DNA of 64,000 bases, taken from assembly GCA_964016885.1 (NCBI GenBank), contig OZ024742.1, positions 164,672,001-164,736,000 of the forward strand, written 5' to 3'. Both the position numbers and the translations under genes were made by a program. The notes beneath the pieces were generated by a model that was given only the letters and a program-made list of their open reading frames with translations, was not told the DNA's origin and ran no database searches. Numbering within the stretch: position 1 is the first letter of the stretch; the number at the start of each line of letters is the position of its first letter. Below are positions 62,201 to 64,000 of this stretch, piece after piece. This DNA comes from Eledone cirrhosa. Lineage: Eukaryota.

Positions 62201-64000
62201 CCCTTGGACGGCTGCAAATTATCTCCCCTTGATTTTTTTAACAAATTATCTCCCCCTGATTTTTTTTTACAAATTATCTCCCCCTGATTTTTTTTTACAA
62301 ATTATCTACGCCTAATTTTTTTTACAAATTATCTCCCCCTGATTTTTTTTTACAAATTATCTCCCCCTGATTTTTTTTACAAATTATCTCCCCCTGATTT
62401 TTTTTACAAATTATCTCCCCCTGATTTTTTTACAAATTATCTCCCCCCTGATTTTTTTTACAATCTCCGCCTGATTTTTTTAAAAATTATCTTCCCTTGG
62501 CTGGCGGGAAATTATCTCCCCTTGGACGGCTGGAAATTATATCCCCTTGGAAGGATGGAAATTATCTCCCCTTGGACGGCTGGAAATTATCTCCCCTTGG
62601 ACGGCTGGAAATTACCTCCCCTTGGACAGCTGGAAATTATCTGCCCTTGATTTTGTTTTTACAAATTATCTCCCCCTGATTTTTTTTACAAATTATCTCC
62701 ACCTGATTTTTTAAAAAATTATCTCCCCTTGGACGGCTGGAAATTATCTCCCCTTGGACGGCTGGAAATTATCTCCCCTTGATTTTTTTTACAAATTATC
62801 TCCCCCTGATTTTTTTTTACAAATTATCTCCCCCTGATTTTTTTTTACAAATTATCTACCCCTGATTTTTTTTTACAAATTATCTCCCCCTGATTTTTTT
62901 TACAAATTATCTCTCCCTGATTTTTTTTTACAAATTATCTCCCCCTGATTTTTTTTTACAAATTATCTACCCCTGATTTTTTTTTACAAATTATCTCCCC
63001 CTGATTTTTTTTACAAATTATCTCCCCCTGATTTTTTTTACAAATTATCTCCCCCTGATTTTTTTACAAATTATCTCCCCCCGATTTTTTTTACAAATTA
63101 TCTCCGCCTAATTTTTTTAAATATTATCTTCCCTTGGCTGGAGGGAAATTATCTCCCCTTGGACGGCTGAAAATTATCTCCCCTTGGACGGCTGGAAATT
63201 ATCTCCCCTTGATTTTTTTACAAATTATCTCCCCCTGATTATTTTTTACAAATTATCTCCCCCTGATTTTTTTTTACAAATTATCTCCCTCTGATTTTTT
63301 TTACAAATTATCTCCCCTTGGCTGGCTGGAAATTATCTCCCCTTGGAGGCTGGAATTTATCTCCACTTGGACGGTTAGAAATTACCTCTCCTTGGACTGC
63401 TGGAAAATATGTCTCCTTGGACGGCTGGAAATTATCTCCCCTTGGACGGCTGGAAATTATCTCCCCTTGGACGGCTGGAAATTATCTCTCCTCGGACGAC
63501 TAGAAATTACCTCTCCTTGGACAGCTGAAAATTATCTCCCCTTGGACGGCTGGAAATTATCTCCCCTTGGACAGCTGGAAATTATCTCCCCTTGGACGGC
63601 TAGATATTACCTCCCCTTGGACGGCTGGAAATTATCTCCCCTTGATTTTTTTTACAAATTATCTCCCCCTGATTTTTTTTTACAAATTATCTCCCCCTGA
63701 TTTTTTTTTACGAATTATCTCCCCCCGATTTTTTTTTACAAATTACCTCCGCCTGATTTTTTTTTAAAAATTATCTCCCCTTGAACGGCTGGAAATTATC
63801 TCCCCTTGGACGGCTGGAAATTATCTCCCCTTGGACGGCTAGAAATTACCTCTCCTTGGACGGCTGAAAATTATCTCCCCTTGGACGGCTGCAAATTATC
63901 TCCCCTTGATTTTTTAACAAATTATCTCCCCCTGATTTTTTTTTACAAATTATCTCCCCCTGATTTTTTTTTACAAATTATCTCCCCCTGATTTTTTTTT

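Larger units (their letters stand above)
1..64000 (+). repeat. Composite satellite array of two interspersed monomers, A (25 bp) and B (26-29 bp), head-to-tail and running off both window ends
   Basis: AAATTATCTCCCC, or a close variant, recurs every ~25-29 bp throughout. It is followed by either TTGGACGGCTGG (A) or (C/T)TGA-T7..10-AC (B). I saw no reverse-orientation monomer (GGGGAGATAATTT on +) and no unique sequence. Confidence 0.99.

Noticed and set aside
539-63991. All ORFs in the track (60-248 aa, all on +)
   Set aside because: Canonical monomer A has no stop codon in any + frame, and 3x25 bp yields the same 25-aa cycle (KLSPLGRLEIISPWTAGNYLPLDGW) in every frame. Most starts are TTG from CCCCTTG. 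Overlapping frames give the same peptides, T-run indels shift frame freely, and no domain is recognisable. The minus strand lacks ORFs because every core contains TAA.
1-64000. CRISPR-like array (constant core plus variable spacer)
   Set aside because: The linkers are only 9-13 bp and of two recurring types rather than unique spacers. The core is not palindromic, and there is no leader or cas gene.
1-64000. Telomerase-synthesised long repeat (cf. 23-25 bp yeast telomere units)
   Set aside because: Two monomer types, ordered variant cassettes and kilobase duplications indicate recombinational amplification, not templated addition. The array is also far longer than such tracts.
1-64000. Purely artefactual or synthetic low-complexity sequence
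   Set aside because: Nested, hierarchically shared variants and chimeric junctions are typical of a naturally evolved array. The copy number of individual near-identical segments could still be mis-assembled.

Overview
The whole 64 kb window is one uninterrupted, single-orientation tandem-repeat (satellite) array of roughly 2,400-2,500 short monomers (64,000 / ~26 bp). I see no credible gene, RNA gene, transposon insertion or CRISPR array. Two related monomers share the core AAATTATCTCCCC(T/C)TG. Monomer A is 25 bp (AAATTATCTCCCCTTGGACGGCTGG, 52% GC) and monomer B is 26-29 bp (AAATTATCTCCCCCTGA-T7..10-AC, about 30% GC). They occur as alternating homotypic runs of about 1-13 monomers. The A runs fall into a few stereotyped cassettes with a fixed order of monomer variants, showing traces of an older 5-mer (125 bp) unit. 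These are assembled into a ~4.1-4.2 kb higher-order repeat, which has been reshuffled by recent near-identical duplications (offsets of about 0.8, 1.2, 1.6, 3.4, 4.5, 8.9, 10.4, 17.1 and 30-31 kb). All listed ORFs are explained by the repeat. The organism and function (centromeric, subtelomeric or other heterochromatin) cannot be determined from this window, and I do not recognise the repeat family. Offsets were read by eye from diagnostic variants and the ORF-track coordinates, so segment boundaries are approximate.
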